Positions 1-10,158 of a DNA stretch of 39,869 bases are shown piece after piece. Source of the DNA: Candidatus Gastranaerophilales bacterium (lineage in GTDB: Bacteria > Cyanobacteriota > Vampirovibrionia > Gastranaerophilales > Gastranaerophilaceae); assembly GCA_944323635.1 (NCBI GenBank), contig CALUTH010000001.1:1-39869 (forward strand), in the 5' to 3' direction. The stretch's first letter is position 1; the number at the start of each line of letters is the position of its first letter. The notes below the pieces were generated by a model. That model was given only the letters and a program-made list of their open reading frames with translations, had not been told where the DNA came from and did not search any database. The position numbers and the translations under genes are program-made.

Positions 1-209
1 AAAGCCTCGAAACCCGCTAAACCCTTTATACACACTAAAATCTCGAAACCCGCGAAACATACCTCACCTAAAGGTAAATCAATATTTAAAAGTCGATACT
101 GAATAGCATTTTATCTCTTAAATTCTTATGGTTTAAAATACTAAATAGTAGTTGTCTCTTTAAATATACGGTTTGCGGTGTTAGTTAATATGTCAAAAGG
201 AGAAAAATT

Positions 210-749
210 ATGTCACGTATAGGAAAGAAACCTATTGAAATCCCATCAGGCGTAGAAGTTAAGATTGAAGACCATACTGTAACCGCAAAAGGTTCTCTTG
301 GTACTGAAGTTGTTACCGTTCGTCCTGAAATCTCAGTAAAAATTGAAGACAACCATGTTGTTTTAACAAGAAATGTTGATACACGTGAAGCTGATGCTTT
401 ATACGGTTTATCAAGAACCCTTGTTGCTAACGCAATCAACGGTGTACACAAAGGTTTTGAAAAGAAACTTGAAATCGTTGGTGTAGGTTATCGTGCCAAT
501 ATGGAAGGTACAAAACTCAACATGCAATTAGGATACTCTCATCCGGTTATTATTGAACCGCCTGCAGGTATCACTATTTCTGTTGACCAAAATACCAAAA
601 TTACTGTTAAAGGCAGCAACAAACAAACAGTTGGTGATGTTGCAGCGTTTATCAGAAGCAAACGTCCGCCGGAAGTATACAAAGGCAAAGGTGTTAAGTA
701 CGAAGGCGAATACATCAGACGTAAAGCCGGTAAGGCAGGTAAAAAATAG
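210..749 (+). CDS. rplF: 50S ribosomal protein L6
   Basis: 179-aa ORF. The N-terminus MSRIGKKPIEIPSGVEVKIED... and the length are textbook bacterial L6. An aaggag SD lies just upstream of the ATG. Confidence 0.95.
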   Translation: MSRIGKKPIEIPSGVEVKIEDHTVTAKGSLGTEVVTVRPEISVKIEDNHVVLTRNVDTREADALYGLSRTLVANAINGVHKGFEKKLEIVGVGYRANMEGTKLNMQLGYSHPVIIEPPAGITISVDQNTKITVKGSNKQTVGDVAAFIRSKRPPEVYKGKGVKYEGEYIRRKAGKAGKK

Positions 750-908
750 GGAACAGGATAAGTTAGGAACGTATCTCCGGTTATTACCGTTATACATTCT
801 TAACAGGTGTATTACTTCCCTAAAAAGTGTACGATTACAATACAAGGTGCCCGCATAAACCCTTGAAAATCTGTTCTTCAAGAAGGTTTGGGTGAAAGGA
901 AAAGAAAA

Positions 909-1277
909 ATGATTAAATCAGAAAACAGAAAAGCAAAAGTACAAAAAAGACATAAATCACTTCGTGTTAAATTATCAGGTACAGGTGAATTCCCCCGTCT
1001 TGCAGTATATAGAAGTACTAAACACATTTATGCACAATTAATCGATGATGAAAAAGGTGTTACTTTAGCATCTGCATCTTCTGTAGATAAAGATCTTAAA
1101 GAAAAACTTTCTCACGGCGGTAATATTGATGCAGCCAAAGTTGTTGGTGAAGCAATTGCTAAGAAGGCAAAGGCAGCAGGTATCGAATGTGTAGTATTTG
1201 ACAGAGGCGGCTTCTTGTATCACGGTAGAATTGCAGCACTTGCTGATGCTGCCCGTGAAGCAGGTTTGATGTTCTAA
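909..1277 (+). CDS. rplR: 50S ribosomal protein L18
   Basis: The ORF is open from 888 (TTG), but the ATG at 909 follows an aaagga [21 protein letters not shown]...[25 protein letters not shown] is typical L18. Confidence 0.93.
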   Translation: MIKSENRKAKVQKRHKSLRVKLSGTGEFPRLAVYRSTKHIYAQLIDDEKGVTLASASSVDKDLKEKLSHGGNIDAAKVVGEAIAKKAKAAGIECVVFDRGGFLYHGRIAALADAAREAGLMF

Positions 1278-1299
1278 TATATAGCTTTTAAAATCTTAA

Positions 1300-1329
1300 C
1301 TGCCGTAGAAAACTTCTACGGCAGTTTTT
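1300..1329 (+). terminator. Rho-independent terminator after rplR
   Basis: Hairpin ctgccgtaga/tctacggcag with a 5-nt loop, followed by ttttt. Confidence 0.8.
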
Positions 1330-1383
1330 GTATTTACACAAATTCTAAAATCCGTTAGAATAGTTGTATTAAATGGAGCAAGA

Positions 1384-2850
1384 ATGATACCGGTAGTTTT
1401 TATTTGTGACAATAATTATGCGATGCCGACAGCGGTTGCAATTACTTCTCTGCTTGAGAACAAAGCGCATACTACCGAATATGATATTGTTGTAATTTGT
1501 AATGAGTTGTCTCAGGGCGCGGAAGAAAAGCTTAAACAAGCCGGCGGGGAGGCTTTACGTTTTTTTAAATTATCAAATCAATTTATTGATTCTATTACCT
1601 CTGCCACTTATGTTTCACCTGTTGCTATTTACAAGTTTGAGATCCCGAATGCTTTACCTGAGTATAATAAAGCAATTTATCTGGATTCGGATGTTATAAT
1701 AAATTCTGATTTAACAGAACTTTTCAATATTGACACCGGTAAAAATTATGCGGGGGTTGTTAAAGATTTGTATTCGTATATATCAGAGCATGATAATATC
1801 CGGTTGAATAAAGAAATTTATTTTAACACCGGAGTTTTGCTGCTGAATTTGAAAAAAATGAGGGAAGATAATATTCCGCAAAAACTTTTTGATGAGAAAA
1901 AGGTAAATTTATACGCTAAATACATGGATCAGGATATTTTTAATATTGTTATGGGGGATAATATTAAGCTTTTATCCCCTGCTTATAATTTTATGCTTAG
2001 AAATAAGAAAGATTTGGATCTTTTTTCTGATATTTATTCGGAACAAGTGCCGTCAAGACCGGCTATAATTCATTGTACTCCCTCAAAACCATGGCTGGAT
2101 AACGCCTCAATACATTTTAAACTCTGGTATAAGTATTATAAAAAATCGCCTTATAAAAGAGAGAAACTGCCGGCGTTTAGGAATGCCAAAATTAAGTTCC
2201 GACAAAGGCTTATAAACGGGATTTTTCAAAAATTCGGTTATAAAATTTTAAGAGTTATTCCACCAGCTGATAATTATAAAATTTTATTGAATCAGAAGGG
2301 GGCAAATGTTGATTTGGAAAGTTCCGTTGTCTCTTTTCCTGTTTTGGATTTAAAATTAAGGTTTAATTCGGAAACGGAATTAAAAGAAATTTATGAGATT
2401 TTTGTACAGGAAAGATTTGGTTTTAAGCCAAACAAATCAGGATGGACAGTTGTGGATGCTGCCTCTGGTGTTATATCACCCTTTTATTTTGCATGTTTGC
2501 CGGAGGTTAGAGCGGTCGTTACTCTTTTACCGGAGGATAAAGATGATTTAGCGTGTAATCTTAAACTAAATCCCGCACTGAGCAGTAAAATAAAAATGGT
2601 TAATTTTAGTCAGTTTGATACCTGTCCTGATAATCCTGATATACTGTGTAAATTTTCGATTAATGAAAGTAATTTAAAATTGTTGGACAAATTGTGCAGC
2701 GCGGGTTTAATCGGGCAGGCAAATATTATTGTTTGTGAATGGAGCGGGTTTGGTTCGGAAATGATAAAAAAGAAACTGTTGGATTACGGTTATAGGTTAT
2801 TATTTAATAAAACAGGCAAATATAAAGGTATTATAACTGCCGTAAAATAA
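1384..2850 (+). CDS. Glycosyltransferase family 8 protein fused to an FkbM-like (possibly degenerate) methyltransferase-type C-terminal domain
   Basis: The N-terminal ~270 aa (MIPVVFICDNNYAMPTAVAITS..., YLDSDVII DxD motif, NTGVLLLNL) are GT8-like. The C-terminal ~200 aa (IYEIFVQERF...VVDAASGV...IIVCEW...LLDYGYRL) follow the FkbM-methyltransferase pattern, but the Gly-rich SAM motif is weak. Confidence 0.8.
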   Translation: MIPVVFICDNNYAMPTAVAITSLLENKAHTTEYDIVVICNELSQGAEEKLKQAGGEALRFFKLSNQFIDSITSATYVSPVAIYKFEIPNALPEYNKAIYLDSDVIINSDLTELFNIDTGKNYAGVVKDLYSYISEHDNIRLNKEIYFNTGVLLLNLKKMREDNIPQKLFDEKKVNLYAKYMDQDIFNIVMGDNIKLLSPAYNFMLRNKKDLDLFSDIYSEQVPSRPAIIHCTPSKPWLDNASIHFKLWYKYYKKSPYKREKLPAFRNAKIKFRQRLINGIFQKFGYKILRVIPPADNYKILLNQKGANVDLESSVVSFPVLDLKLRFNSETELKEIYEIFVQERFGFKPNKSGWTVVDAASGVISPFYFACLPEVRAVVTLLPEDKDDLACNLKLNPALSSKIKMVNFSQFDTCPDNPDILCKFSINESNLKLLDKLCSAGLIGQANIIVCEWSGFGSEMIKKKLLDYGYRLLFNKTGKYKGIITAVK

Positions 2851-2901
2851 TGTTGTGTCATTTAGATAAATTATGTATAATTAATTCAAAAGAAAGAGAG
2901 G

Positions 2902-3849
2902 TTGAAGTTGAAGAAGAGATATATATTAACATTTTTAATTCCGGTTATTCTTGCGGCGTTGATCGCTTATATTATGACCCCGAGTCCGCAAAAATCATTT
3001 ATGACAAAACTCTCTAGCTTTGAAAAAAAAGATAATATTTATTATGAAGTCGAAGTCTCGTATCCGCAGGAAGGCAGAAGTGCCTCACAAAAAATTGAGC
3101 AGTACAAATCCGGCGGCAAATATTATGCAAAATATTACCAGAATGAATTTGTTCCGGTCATTGTTAATTTATCCGGCAGTGATGTAAAATTTGGTACAGA
3201 AGATGTTTCTTCGTCTGTCTCTGTTCAAAAATTACTGGAAGAAAATAATGTTTTTATGATGGATAAGCTCTCTTTAGCAGAGGTTAAAAAAGATTCTATA
3301 AGACGTGATAAGGAGGCAAATGCGGACAAGTATTTTGCAACCCTTAATAACGGTACGGAAGTGGAAGTATATTTTGACAAAAATGGTAATCTTAATAAAG
3401 TAGAATATAAAAATATTTTGTATACACCATCTATAATGAATATGGGAAGCAAGTCCGGAGATGTCAGTATTAATATTGTAGGTTTAAGGGATGTTACAGA
3501 AGTTGCAAGAGATTTTATTGTTTCTGCTAAAACAATAAATGTTCCGTTGGAAGAGTTACAATCTGCTATTGTTAATAACAATTTTGAATATGATGGTGGA
3601 GAAGAGGTTTTTGCAAAATTGAAACAGGTGTTTAATATTAAAGAGGAAGAGTTTTTGCCGGAAGATGAATTTACCGAAGAAGAAAACCCTGCCCCAGAAA
3701 TAGAGGAGCCTGTTGAAGGTGCTGTTAATCATGAAGGAGAGGATTTCCACGGTGTTGAAGAAACTGAAGAACCTCAAATAGATTTAGAGAGTTTGAATGA
3801 CCATGATCAATCCGGTGCAGAGCCGGAAATGCCGCCAGATTTTGAATAA
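2902..3849 (+). CDS. Hypothetical membrane-anchored protein with strongly acidic C-terminal tail
   Basis: 315-aa ORF with a TTG start after an agagagg SD. It has a single N-terminal TM (YILTFLIPVILAALIAYIM) and a Glu/Asp/Pro-rich C-terminus. No family was recognised. Confidence 0.65.
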   Translation: MKLKKRYILTFLIPVILAALIAYIMTPSPQKSFMTKLSSFEKKDNIYYEVEVSYPQEGRSASQKIEQYKSGGKYYAKYYQNEFVPVIVNLSGSDVKFGTEDVSSSVSVQKLLEENNVFMMDKLSLAEVKKDSIRRDKEANADKYFATLNNGTEVEVYFDKNGNLNKVEYKNILYTPSIMNMGSKSGDVSINIVGLRDVTEVARDFIVSAKTINVPLEELQSAIVNNNFEYDGGEEVFAKLKQVFNIKEEEFLPEDEFTEEENPAPEIEEPVEGAVNHEGEDFHGVEETEEPQIDLESLNDHDQSGAEPEMPPDFE

Positions 3850-3862
3850 TAATATTATGGTA

Positions 3863-3890
3863 AAAACGCCGGTTTACGACCGGCGTTTTT
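3863..3890 (+). terminator. Rho-independent terminator
   Basis: Hairpin aaaacgccggt/accggcgtttt with loop ttacg and a T-run. Confidence 0.8.
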
Positions 3891-3960
3891 CTTGAACAAA
3901 ATTTGTGTCTGTCATATACTGAGTTTAGGTATTATACAGCAGGAATAATGAGGAGGCAGT

Positions 3961-5010
3961 ATGTCAGAGATTGATGTTGTAACAATAGGAAGTGCTACAA
4001 TGGACGTATTCGTAGAAAGTGATGAAGCAAATATTGTTTCTGTTTGTTCTAAGAATAAAAACTCTGATTTTATGAGTTATCCTTATGGTTCTAAAATTGA
4101 TATGACAAGTTTTGCTACTAATATTGGGGGCGGTGGACTAAATACTGCGATGAATCTTGCCAATCTTGGACTTAAGACATCTGCTATTTTCAAAGTCGGT
4201 AATGACATTTATTCTGCGGGTATCTTTGACGCACTGAAAAAGACAAATGTTGATTTATCAGGTGTAGTCCAAAACCCCGAGGTTTCGACCGGTTTTTCAA
4301 TTATTCTTGTAAGTTTTCAAGGAGACAGAACTGTTCTGGCGCACCGCGGGGCAAATTCACTTATAAATATTAACGATATTAATTTTGACCTGATTAAAAA
4401 AGCAAGACTTCTCTATATTGCACCGTTAAACGGTGAGTCTAATAAAGTTCTTGAACCGTTGGTCAAGTTCGCTCATGAACACGGCGTAAAAGTTTGTTTT
4501 AACGCAGGTACTACAAGTTTAAAGAAGGGTTTTGAAGAAATTAAAAAGCTTTTAGAGGTTGCCAATATCGTTGTGATGAACAGAGAAGAGGCGTCAATGT
4601 GCAGCGGTATAGTTGTAAGACCGGATACAAAGACAGAAAAATTTTCTCAGGAATTAATCCATCCCGATGTTAAAAAGATGCTCGAAAAACTTAAAGTTCA
4701 AGAATATCAGGTAATTGTAATTACAGACGGTTCAAAAGGTGCGTATGCTTTTGACGGGATGAAATACTACTATTGTCCGACATATCCGTCCCCTGTTGTT
4801 TCTACTCTGGGAGCGGGGGATGCTTTTGCATCTACTTTTTGCGCCGCATTAGGAAGAACAAAACTAAATATTGGCAAGGCGTTGATGTACGCTTCAGTAA
4901 ACTCTGCGGCTGTTGTTTCTGTATTTGGCGCATCAGAGGGGTTCCTTAATTTTGAACAAATAGAGGCTAAATTGGGGGCTTCTCCGGATTATACTTACCT
5001 TCTTGCCTAG
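3961..5010 (+). CDS. PfkB-family carbohydrate kinase (ribokinase-like)
   Basis: NIGGGGLNTA (di-Gly motif) and TLGAGDAFASTF (PfkB signature 2). A gaggagg SD lies upstream. Confidence 0.85.
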   Translation: MSEIDVVTIGSATMDVFVESDEANIVSVCSKNKNSDFMSYPYGSKIDMTSFATNIGGGGLNTAMNLANLGLKTSAIFKVGNDIYSAGIFDALKKTNVDLSGVVQNPEVSTGFSIILVSFQGDRTVLAHRGANSLININDINFDLIKKARLLYIAPLNGESNKVLEPLVKFAHEHGVKVCFNAGTTSLKKGFEEIKKLLEVANIVVMNREEASMCSGIVVRPDTKTEKFSQELIHPDVKKMLEKLKVQEYQVIVITDGSKGAYAFDGMKYYYCPTYPSPVVSTLGAGDAFASTFCAALGRTKLNIGKALMYASVNSAAVVSVFGASEGFLNFEQIEAKLGASPDYTYLLA

Positions 5011-5098
5011 TTACCTGTTGGTAAAAGGTTATATACCCTGCAGGAACTAAATGCTGTCGGCAGTGTAGGGTGACGGCATGAGGGTAAATTTATAAATT

Positions 5099-5824
5099 AT
5101 GAATATTAAAACAATTTATCTTGAAGAAGTTAATTCGACAAATCTCTATGCAAAAGAGCATCTGGATGAAATTGCTGACCGTACGGTAGTGTATACATAC
5201 AAACAGACGGCAGGGCGTGGACGTTTTGACAGGCGGTGGAAATTTATCGGTGCGGATAATATTTATATGTCCTTCGTTTTAAAACCTTCCAAACAGCTTT
5301 TGCCCTGCTATTCGAACCTTACCCAGTATTTGTCTGTCATTTTAGTACGTTTAATTGAAGAATACGAATTAACGCCTAAAATTAAATGGCCCAATGATGT
5401 TCTAATAAACGGGAAAAAAGTTGCGGGGATTTTGTCGGAGAGTACGATACGCGGAAATGAACTTTCCGGAATTGTGCTCGGTGTAGGTGTGAATTTAAAC
5501 GGCTGCAAGGATGTTTTTCAAGATATTGAAAAACCTGCGACATCAATAGCCTTAGAATTAGGGCATCAGGTAGATAAAGATGTCTTTTTAAAAAAACTTT
5601 CTTCAAACTTTTTTTTGTATTATGATAAATTCTTAAGTGAAGGTTTTACCTTAATAAGAGAAGAATATTTATCAAAATCTTCATTTATTAACCAAACTAT
5701 CAGGGTTTCAGGGATTGACCGCATAACAGAAGGGCTCGCGGTTGATGTTACGGTAGAAGGTGCTCTGGTTTTGAAAGAGAATAATGAACAATTTACAACT
5801 TTGTGGATAGGAGACATTTTATGA
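5099..5824 (+). CDS. birA: Biotin--[acetyl-CoA-carboxylase] ligase, class I (no DNA-binding domain)
   Basis: KQTAGRGRFDRRW (GRGRxxRxW motif), KWPNDVLINGKKVAGILSE. At 241 aa it lacks an N-terminal HTH. Confidence 0.9.
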   Translation: MNIKTIYLEEVNSTNLYAKEHLDEIADRTVVYTYKQTAGRGRFDRRWKFIGADNIYMSFVLKPSKQLLPCYSNLTQYLSVILVRLIEEYELTPKIKWPNDVLINGKKVAGILSESTIRGNELSGIVLGVGVNLNGCKDVFQDIEKPATSIALELGHQVDKDVFLKKLSSNFFLYYDKFLSEGFTLIREEYLSKSSFINQTIRVSGIDRITEGLAVDVTVEGALVLKENNEQFTTLWIGDIL

Positions 5825-6084
5825 ATGAACTGCTGTGCAAACTGTGCGAGACATTTACTGCTAATATTGCAGATGCTTTAAACTTAATGGTTATAGGTAT
5901 GGGCACGGTATTAGTGTTTCTGTGTATTATGATTTTAGTAATGTATATGATGTCTAAATCTGTAATTTTCTTAAATAAATATTTCCCTGAAGAAATCCCT
6001 GAAGTTGTGAAGAAAACTTCTAAAAAGGTAACAGATGATGCGGATATAGCGGTTGCTCTGCTGGCTGCTATGCTTAAAAAATAA
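5821..6084 (+). CDS. oadG: Oxaloacetate decarboxylase gamma subunit
   Basis: Small single-TM protein (LNLMVIGMGTVLVFLCIMILVMYMM) directly upstream of oadA/oadB. Its ATG at 5821 overlaps the birA stop (ATGA) and follows a ggaga SD. Confidence 0.75.
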   Translation: MNELLCKLCETFTANIADALNLMVIGMGTVLVFLCIMILVMYMMSKSVIFLNKYFPEEIPEVVKKTSKKVTDDADIAVALLAAMLKK

Positions 6085-6113
6085 TTATTACAAGTCAAGA
6101 GAGGATATATAAA

Positions 6114-7904
6114 ATGACAAAACAGATTAAGGTTATGGATACATCTTTCCGTGACGGGTTTCAGTCGGTGTACGGGGCAAGGGTATTTGTTGATGACTTT
6201 TTGCCTGCATTGAAATCGGCAGTAGACGCGGGTATTAAACATTTTGAAGTTGCGGGCGGCGCCAGATTTCAGTCTCCGATTTTCTACTGTAATGAAAATG
6301 CTTTTGAAACAATGGATAAAATAAGAGCAGCGGTCGGACCGGATATTAACCTTCAATCGCTTGCAAGAGGGGTAAATGTTGTCGGGCTTGATTCTCAGCC
6401 GCGTGATATGATTAATCTTCATGCAAAGATGTTTAAAAAACACGGTGTTACGACTATTAGAAACTTTGATGCATTGAATGATGTAAATAACCTTATTTAT
6501 TCAGGGCAATGTATTGTGGATAATGGCTTGAACCACGAAGTTACAATTACAATGATGGAGCTTCCTATCGGATGTACTGGTGCACATGACCCTGATTTTT
6601 ATGAAAGAGTTTTACGTTCTATACTTGATGCTGGTATACCGTTTACATCATTAGCATTTAAAGATGCATCCGGAACATCGGCGCCAAGAAAAGTTTATGA
6701 GACAATCAGGCGAACAAGAGAAATTTTAGGGGCGGATGCACATATAAGGTTCCATTCGCATGAAACGGCAGGAACCGGTCTTGCCGCGTATCTTGCAGCA
6801 TTAGAAGGCGGCGCTGATGGTATTGACCTTGCGATGAAACCTGTATCAGGCGGTACAGCGCAGCCGGATATTGTTTCTATGTGGCATGCCCTAAAAGGTA
6901 CCGAATACGATTTAGGAATTGATATTAAGAAGATTCTAGAAACGGAAGAAATCTTCAAAGAATGTATGAAAGATTATTTCCTTCCGCCCGAGGCGCTTGC
7001 CGTAAATCCTATGATTATTCAATCACCTCTTCCCGGCGGGGCGTTGACGGCTAATACGCAGATGTTAAGAGATAATGGTATCATGGATAAATATCCGCAA
7101 ATTGTTGCGGCGATGGAAGAAGTCGTTGAAAAAGGCGGTTTTGGAACATCTGTTACACCTGTTTCTCAATTCTATTTCCAACAAGCGTTTAATAATGTAA
7201 TGTTCGGTTCATGGAAGAAGATTGCTGAAGGGTACGGGAAAATGGTTCTCGGATATTTTGGCAAAACTCCCTGCGAACCTGATGCGGAAGTCGTTAAAAT
7301 TGCATCAGAACAGTTGGGTTTGGCTCCTACAACTGAAAAAGTTGTTGATATTAATGACAGAGATCCTGAAAAGGGTATTGAAGCTGCAAAGAAAATGCTT
7401 GCTGATGCCGGATTGGAGCAATCGGAAGAGAACATTTTTATTGCAGGTGCTTGCAAAGAAAAAGGTATTATGTTCCTTCAGGGCAAAGGACAAATTGGCG
7501 TTCGTAAAAATTGTCCGCAGGCAGAATGTGCGCCGGTTTCTAAATCCGGTTCAGAGTATACGGTTTCTGTTAACGGTAAAAAGTATGCTATTAAACTTGA
7601 AGGTGACGGCAAAGCAACGGTTAACGGCAAAGAATACTCTGTTAACGTAAAAGAAGGTATTGAGTCCGCTGCATCATCTTCAAGCGGTGAAGGTACACCT
7701 GTTAATGCCGCACTTCCTGGTGTTATATTAAGAACCTGTGTCAGCGAAGGCGATGAAATCGCAGAAGGTGATGTAATCCTTGTTCTTGAAGCTATGAAGA
7801 TGGAAACAGAAGTAAAATCACCTGTTTCCGGCGTTGTAAAATCTATAGAGGTTGAACAGGGCGATAAAGTAATAACCGGTCAGTTACTGGCAACTGTGGG
7901 TTAG
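6114..7904 (+). CDS. oadA: Oxaloacetate decarboxylase alpha subunit (carboxyltransferase plus biotinyl carrier domain)
   Basis: N-terminal HMGL-like carboxyltransferase (VMDTSFRDGFQS..., HSHETAG) and a C-terminal biotinyl domain with EAMKMETE. Confidence 0.92.
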   Translation: MTKQIKVMDTSFRDGFQSVYGARVFVDDFLPALKSAVDAGIKHFEVAGGARFQSPIFYCNENAFETMDKIRAAVGPDINLQSLARGVNVVGLDSQPRDMINLHAKMFKKHGVTTIRNFDALNDVNNLIYSGQCIVDNGLNHEVTITMMELPIGCTGAHDPDFYERVLRSILDAGIPFTSLAFKDASGTSAPRKVYETIRRTREILGADAHIRFHSHETAGTGLAAYLAALEGGADGIDLAMKPVSGGTAQPDIVSMWHALKGTEYDLGIDIKKILETEEIFKECMKDYFLPPEALAVNPMIIQSPLPGGALTANTQMLRDNGIMDKYPQIVAAMEEVVEKGGFGTSVTPVSQFYFQQAFNNVMFGSWKKIAEGYGKMVLGYFGKTPCEPDAEVVKIASEQLGLAPTTEKVVDINDRDPEKGIEAAKKMLADAGLEQSEENIFIAGACKEKGIMFLQGKGQIGVRKNCPQAECAPVSKSGSEYTVSVNGKKYAIKLEGDGKATVNGKEYSVNVKEGIESAASSSSGEGTPVNAALPGVILRTCVSEGDEIAEGDVILVLEAMKMETEVKSPVSGVVKSIEVEQGDKVITGQLLATVG

Positions 7905-7919
7905 GAAAGGGAAAGAAAA

Positions 7920-9095
7920 ATGAATTTGTTAGAAGGATTTAAAAGTCTCTGGGATTCGACAGGTATAGCAAATTTTGTTCTTGCTCCTGATCCTTGTATT
8001 ACATCTGCTGCAGAGCAGTTTATGCATCAATACGGACAAATTATTATGATATTTGTTTGTTTGTTTCTTTTGTGGCTTGGTATTAAAAAACAATTTGAGC
8101 CGCTGCTTCTTGTGCCTATTGCATTTGGCGGATTGCTGTCCAATATCCCGGTGTGCGATATTGCAGGGACTCACGGCTTTTTGGGTATTATTTATGAGGC
8201 TGGTATTCATAAAGGACTTTTCCCGTTGATTATATTTATGGGGGTAGGTGCGATGACGGACTTCGGGCCGCTGATTGCCAATCCTAAAACAGCACTGCTC
8301 GGCGGCGCTGCGCAGTTTGGTATCTTTGGTGCTTTGCTTTTAGCATTGTGTATCTTTGGATTTACATTACCGCAATCCGGTGCTATAGGTATTATTGGAG
8401 GGGCGGATGGTCCTACATCAATATTTGTTACAAGTAAACTGGCGCCCGAGCTTTTAGGAGCAATTGCGGTTGCTGCATATTCCTATATGGCTCTTGTTCC
8501 TGTTATTCAGCCGCCAATTATGAAGATGCTTACAACAGAAGAAGAGAGAAAAATTCAGATGACACAGTTAAGAGAAGTCTCAAAACGTGAGAAAATTGTT
8601 TTCCCGCTTGCGGTGCTTCTTTTGTGTGTAATTCTTCTCCCTGATGCTTGCCCGCTTGTCGGTGCTTTGACCTTTGGTAATCTTTGTAAAGAGTGCGGTG
8701 TTGTAGAAAGGCTTTCGGATACAATGCAGAACGCTTTAATCAATATTGTGACTATTTTCCTGGGGCTTTCTGTAGGTTCTAAACTCTCCGCCGAACAGTT
8801 TTTAACGGTACAAACACTGTTTATCCTGTTCCTCGGTATTATGGCGTTCTCGCTTGCAACTGCCGGTGGTGTTATTATGGCAAAGATTATGAACCTGTTT
8901 TCTAAAGAAAAAATCAATCCGCTTATCGGGTCTGCAGGCGTTTCAGCCGTACCTATGGCGGCAAGAGTATCTAATAAAGTAGGCTTGGAATACAACAGCC
9001 AGAATTATCTCTTGATGCACGCAATGGGACCGAATGTTGCGGGTGTAATCGGTTCTGCGGTTGCTGCGGGTGTTTTGCTTGCGCTGTGTAAGTAA
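7920..9095 (+). CDS. oadB: Na+-translocating decarboxylase beta subunit
   Basis: 391-aa polytopic membrane protein immediately after oad[14 protein letters not shown] and [13 protein letters not shown] are typical of the OadB/GcdB/MmdB family. Confidence 0.9.
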   Translation: MNLLEGFKSLWDSTGIANFVLAPDPCITSAAEQFMHQYGQIIMIFVCLFLLWLGIKKQFEPLLLVPIAFGGLLSNIPVCDIAGTHGFLGIIYEAGIHKGLFPLIIFMGVGAMTDFGPLIANPKTALLGGAAQFGIFGALLLALCIFGFTLPQSGAIGIIGGADGPTSIFVTSKLAPELLGAIAVAAYSYMALVPVIQPPIMKMLTTEEERKIQMTQLREVSKREKIVFPLAVLLLCVILLPDACPLVGALTFGNLCKECGVVERLSDTMQNALINIVTIFLGLSVGSKLSAEQFLTVQTLFILFLGIMAFSLATAGGVIMAKIMNLFSKEKINPLIGSAGVSAVPMAARVSNKVGLEYNSQNYLLMHAMGPNVAGVIGSAVAAGVLLALCK

Positions 9096-9121
9096 GTTTT
9101 TATCAGTGTTTAATAATATAT

Positions 9122-9150
9122 AGCGGCGGATTTTATCCGCCGCTTTGTTT
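9122..9150. terminator. Hairpin terminator shared by convergent oadB and rubrerythrin genes
   Basis: Stem agcggcgga/tccgccgct with loop tttta. The downstream tail is T-rich on the + strand and A/T-rich on the - strand. Confidence 0.7.
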
Positions 9151-9198
9151 GAGTATCCGAGGAGAAAGGATAGTCATTAGAATATTATAAGTTTATTA

Positions 9199-9747
9199 TT
9201 AGTAATTTTCTGCCTTTACAAAGAAGTAAGCTTTCGGGTGTTTGCATACAGGGCAGAGTTCAGGTGCGTTTTCCCCTTCAAAAACGTGTCCGCAGTTTGC
9301 GCACTCCCATCTTACTTTTTCGGGCTGCTTGTCAAATACTTTTCCTGTTTTAACATTTTCTAAAAGTTTTCTGTACCTGTCCTCGTGCTCTTTTTCAATC
9401 TTTGCTACAAGTTCAAACAGTACTGCAATTCTTGTAAAACCTTCTTCCCTTGCCTCTTTTGCAAATCTTGCGTACATATCTGTCCATTCATAGTTTTCGC
9501 CATTTGCAGCGTCTTCAAGATTTATAAGAGTTTCCGGTACAGAATCACCGTGTAAAAGTTTGAACCAGATTTTTGCGTGTTCTTTTTCGTTGTTTGCGGT
9601 TTCTTCAAATAATTTGCTTATTTGCACATAACCCTCTTTTTTGGCCTGTGATGCATAATAAGTATATTTGTTTCTAGCCTGCGATTCACCGGCAAATGCT
9701 TCCATCAGGTTTTTTTCAGTTTTTGTTCCTTTTAAGTTTTCATTCAT
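9199..9747 (-). CDS. rbr: Rubrerythrin
   Basis: Ferritin-like di-iron motifs ([16 protein letters not shown]) plus a C-terminal rubredoxin-like CANCGH...CPVCKH. Confidence 0.93.
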   Translation of the reverse strand: MNENLKGTKTEKNLMEAFAGESQARNKYTYYASQAKKEGYVQISKLFEETANNEKEHAKIWFKLLHGDSVPETLINLEDAANGENYEWTDMYARFAKEAREEGFTRIAVLFELVAKIEKEHEDRYRKLLENVKTGKVFDKQPEKVRWECANCGHVFEGENAPELCPVCKHPKAYFFVKAENY

Positions 9748-9769
9748 ATTTGTTTTCCTTTCATTTAGT

Positions 9770-10144
9770 TTAAATTTTTTTCTGACAGTCTTTGCAAATT
9801 CCTTTAAAAATTATATCGTGATTGGTGATTATAAATTCATCATTTTGTTTTATTTCCGGAATTTTAACATCTTCTTTTTCAATATCATAAATTTTTTTAC
9901 ATTTATTACATATAAAATGATAATGTTCGTGCGTGTTGTGGTCAAAATGCGCGGCAGTGTCCAGTCCGTCAATCTTTTTGATGATTCCGCTTTCTGCAAG
10001 CAGATTTAAATTCCTGTAAAGTGTACCTTTACTGATGGTTTTGTCTTTCACATGCACCTTCTCAAAAAGTTGTTCTGCCGACGGATGTACTGCGTATTCT
10101 CTCAGTGTGTCTAAAATTGTTTCTCTTTGTTTCGAATAATTCAT
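9770..10144 (-). CDS. Fur-family transcriptional repressor (PerR-like by context)
   Basis: Winged-helix [20 protein letters not shown], metal sites [19 protein letters not shown]...CKDCQ. It sits directly upstream of rbr on the same strand. The ATG is at 10144; a TTG at 10156 is an alternative start. Confidence 0.88.
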   Translation of the reverse strand: MNYSKQRETILDTLREYAVHPSAEQLFEKVHVKDKTISKGTLYRNLNLLAESGIIKKIDGLDTAAHFDHNTHEHYHFICNKCKKIYDIEKEDVKIPEIKQNDEFIITNHDIIFKGICKDCQKKI

Positions 10145-10158
10145 ACTTTTAACCAAAA

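Noticed and set aside
528-881. ORFs 553..858 (+) and 528..881 (-) that might fill the rplF-rplR spacer.
   Set aside because: Both mostly overlap rplF in alternative frames and have no start context. The 159-nt spacer is better treated as non-coding.
5793-6443. 216-aa ORF on the - strand.
   Set aside because: It is antisense to the birA end, oadG and the oadA start, all of which have strong family signatures. It is a shadow ORF.
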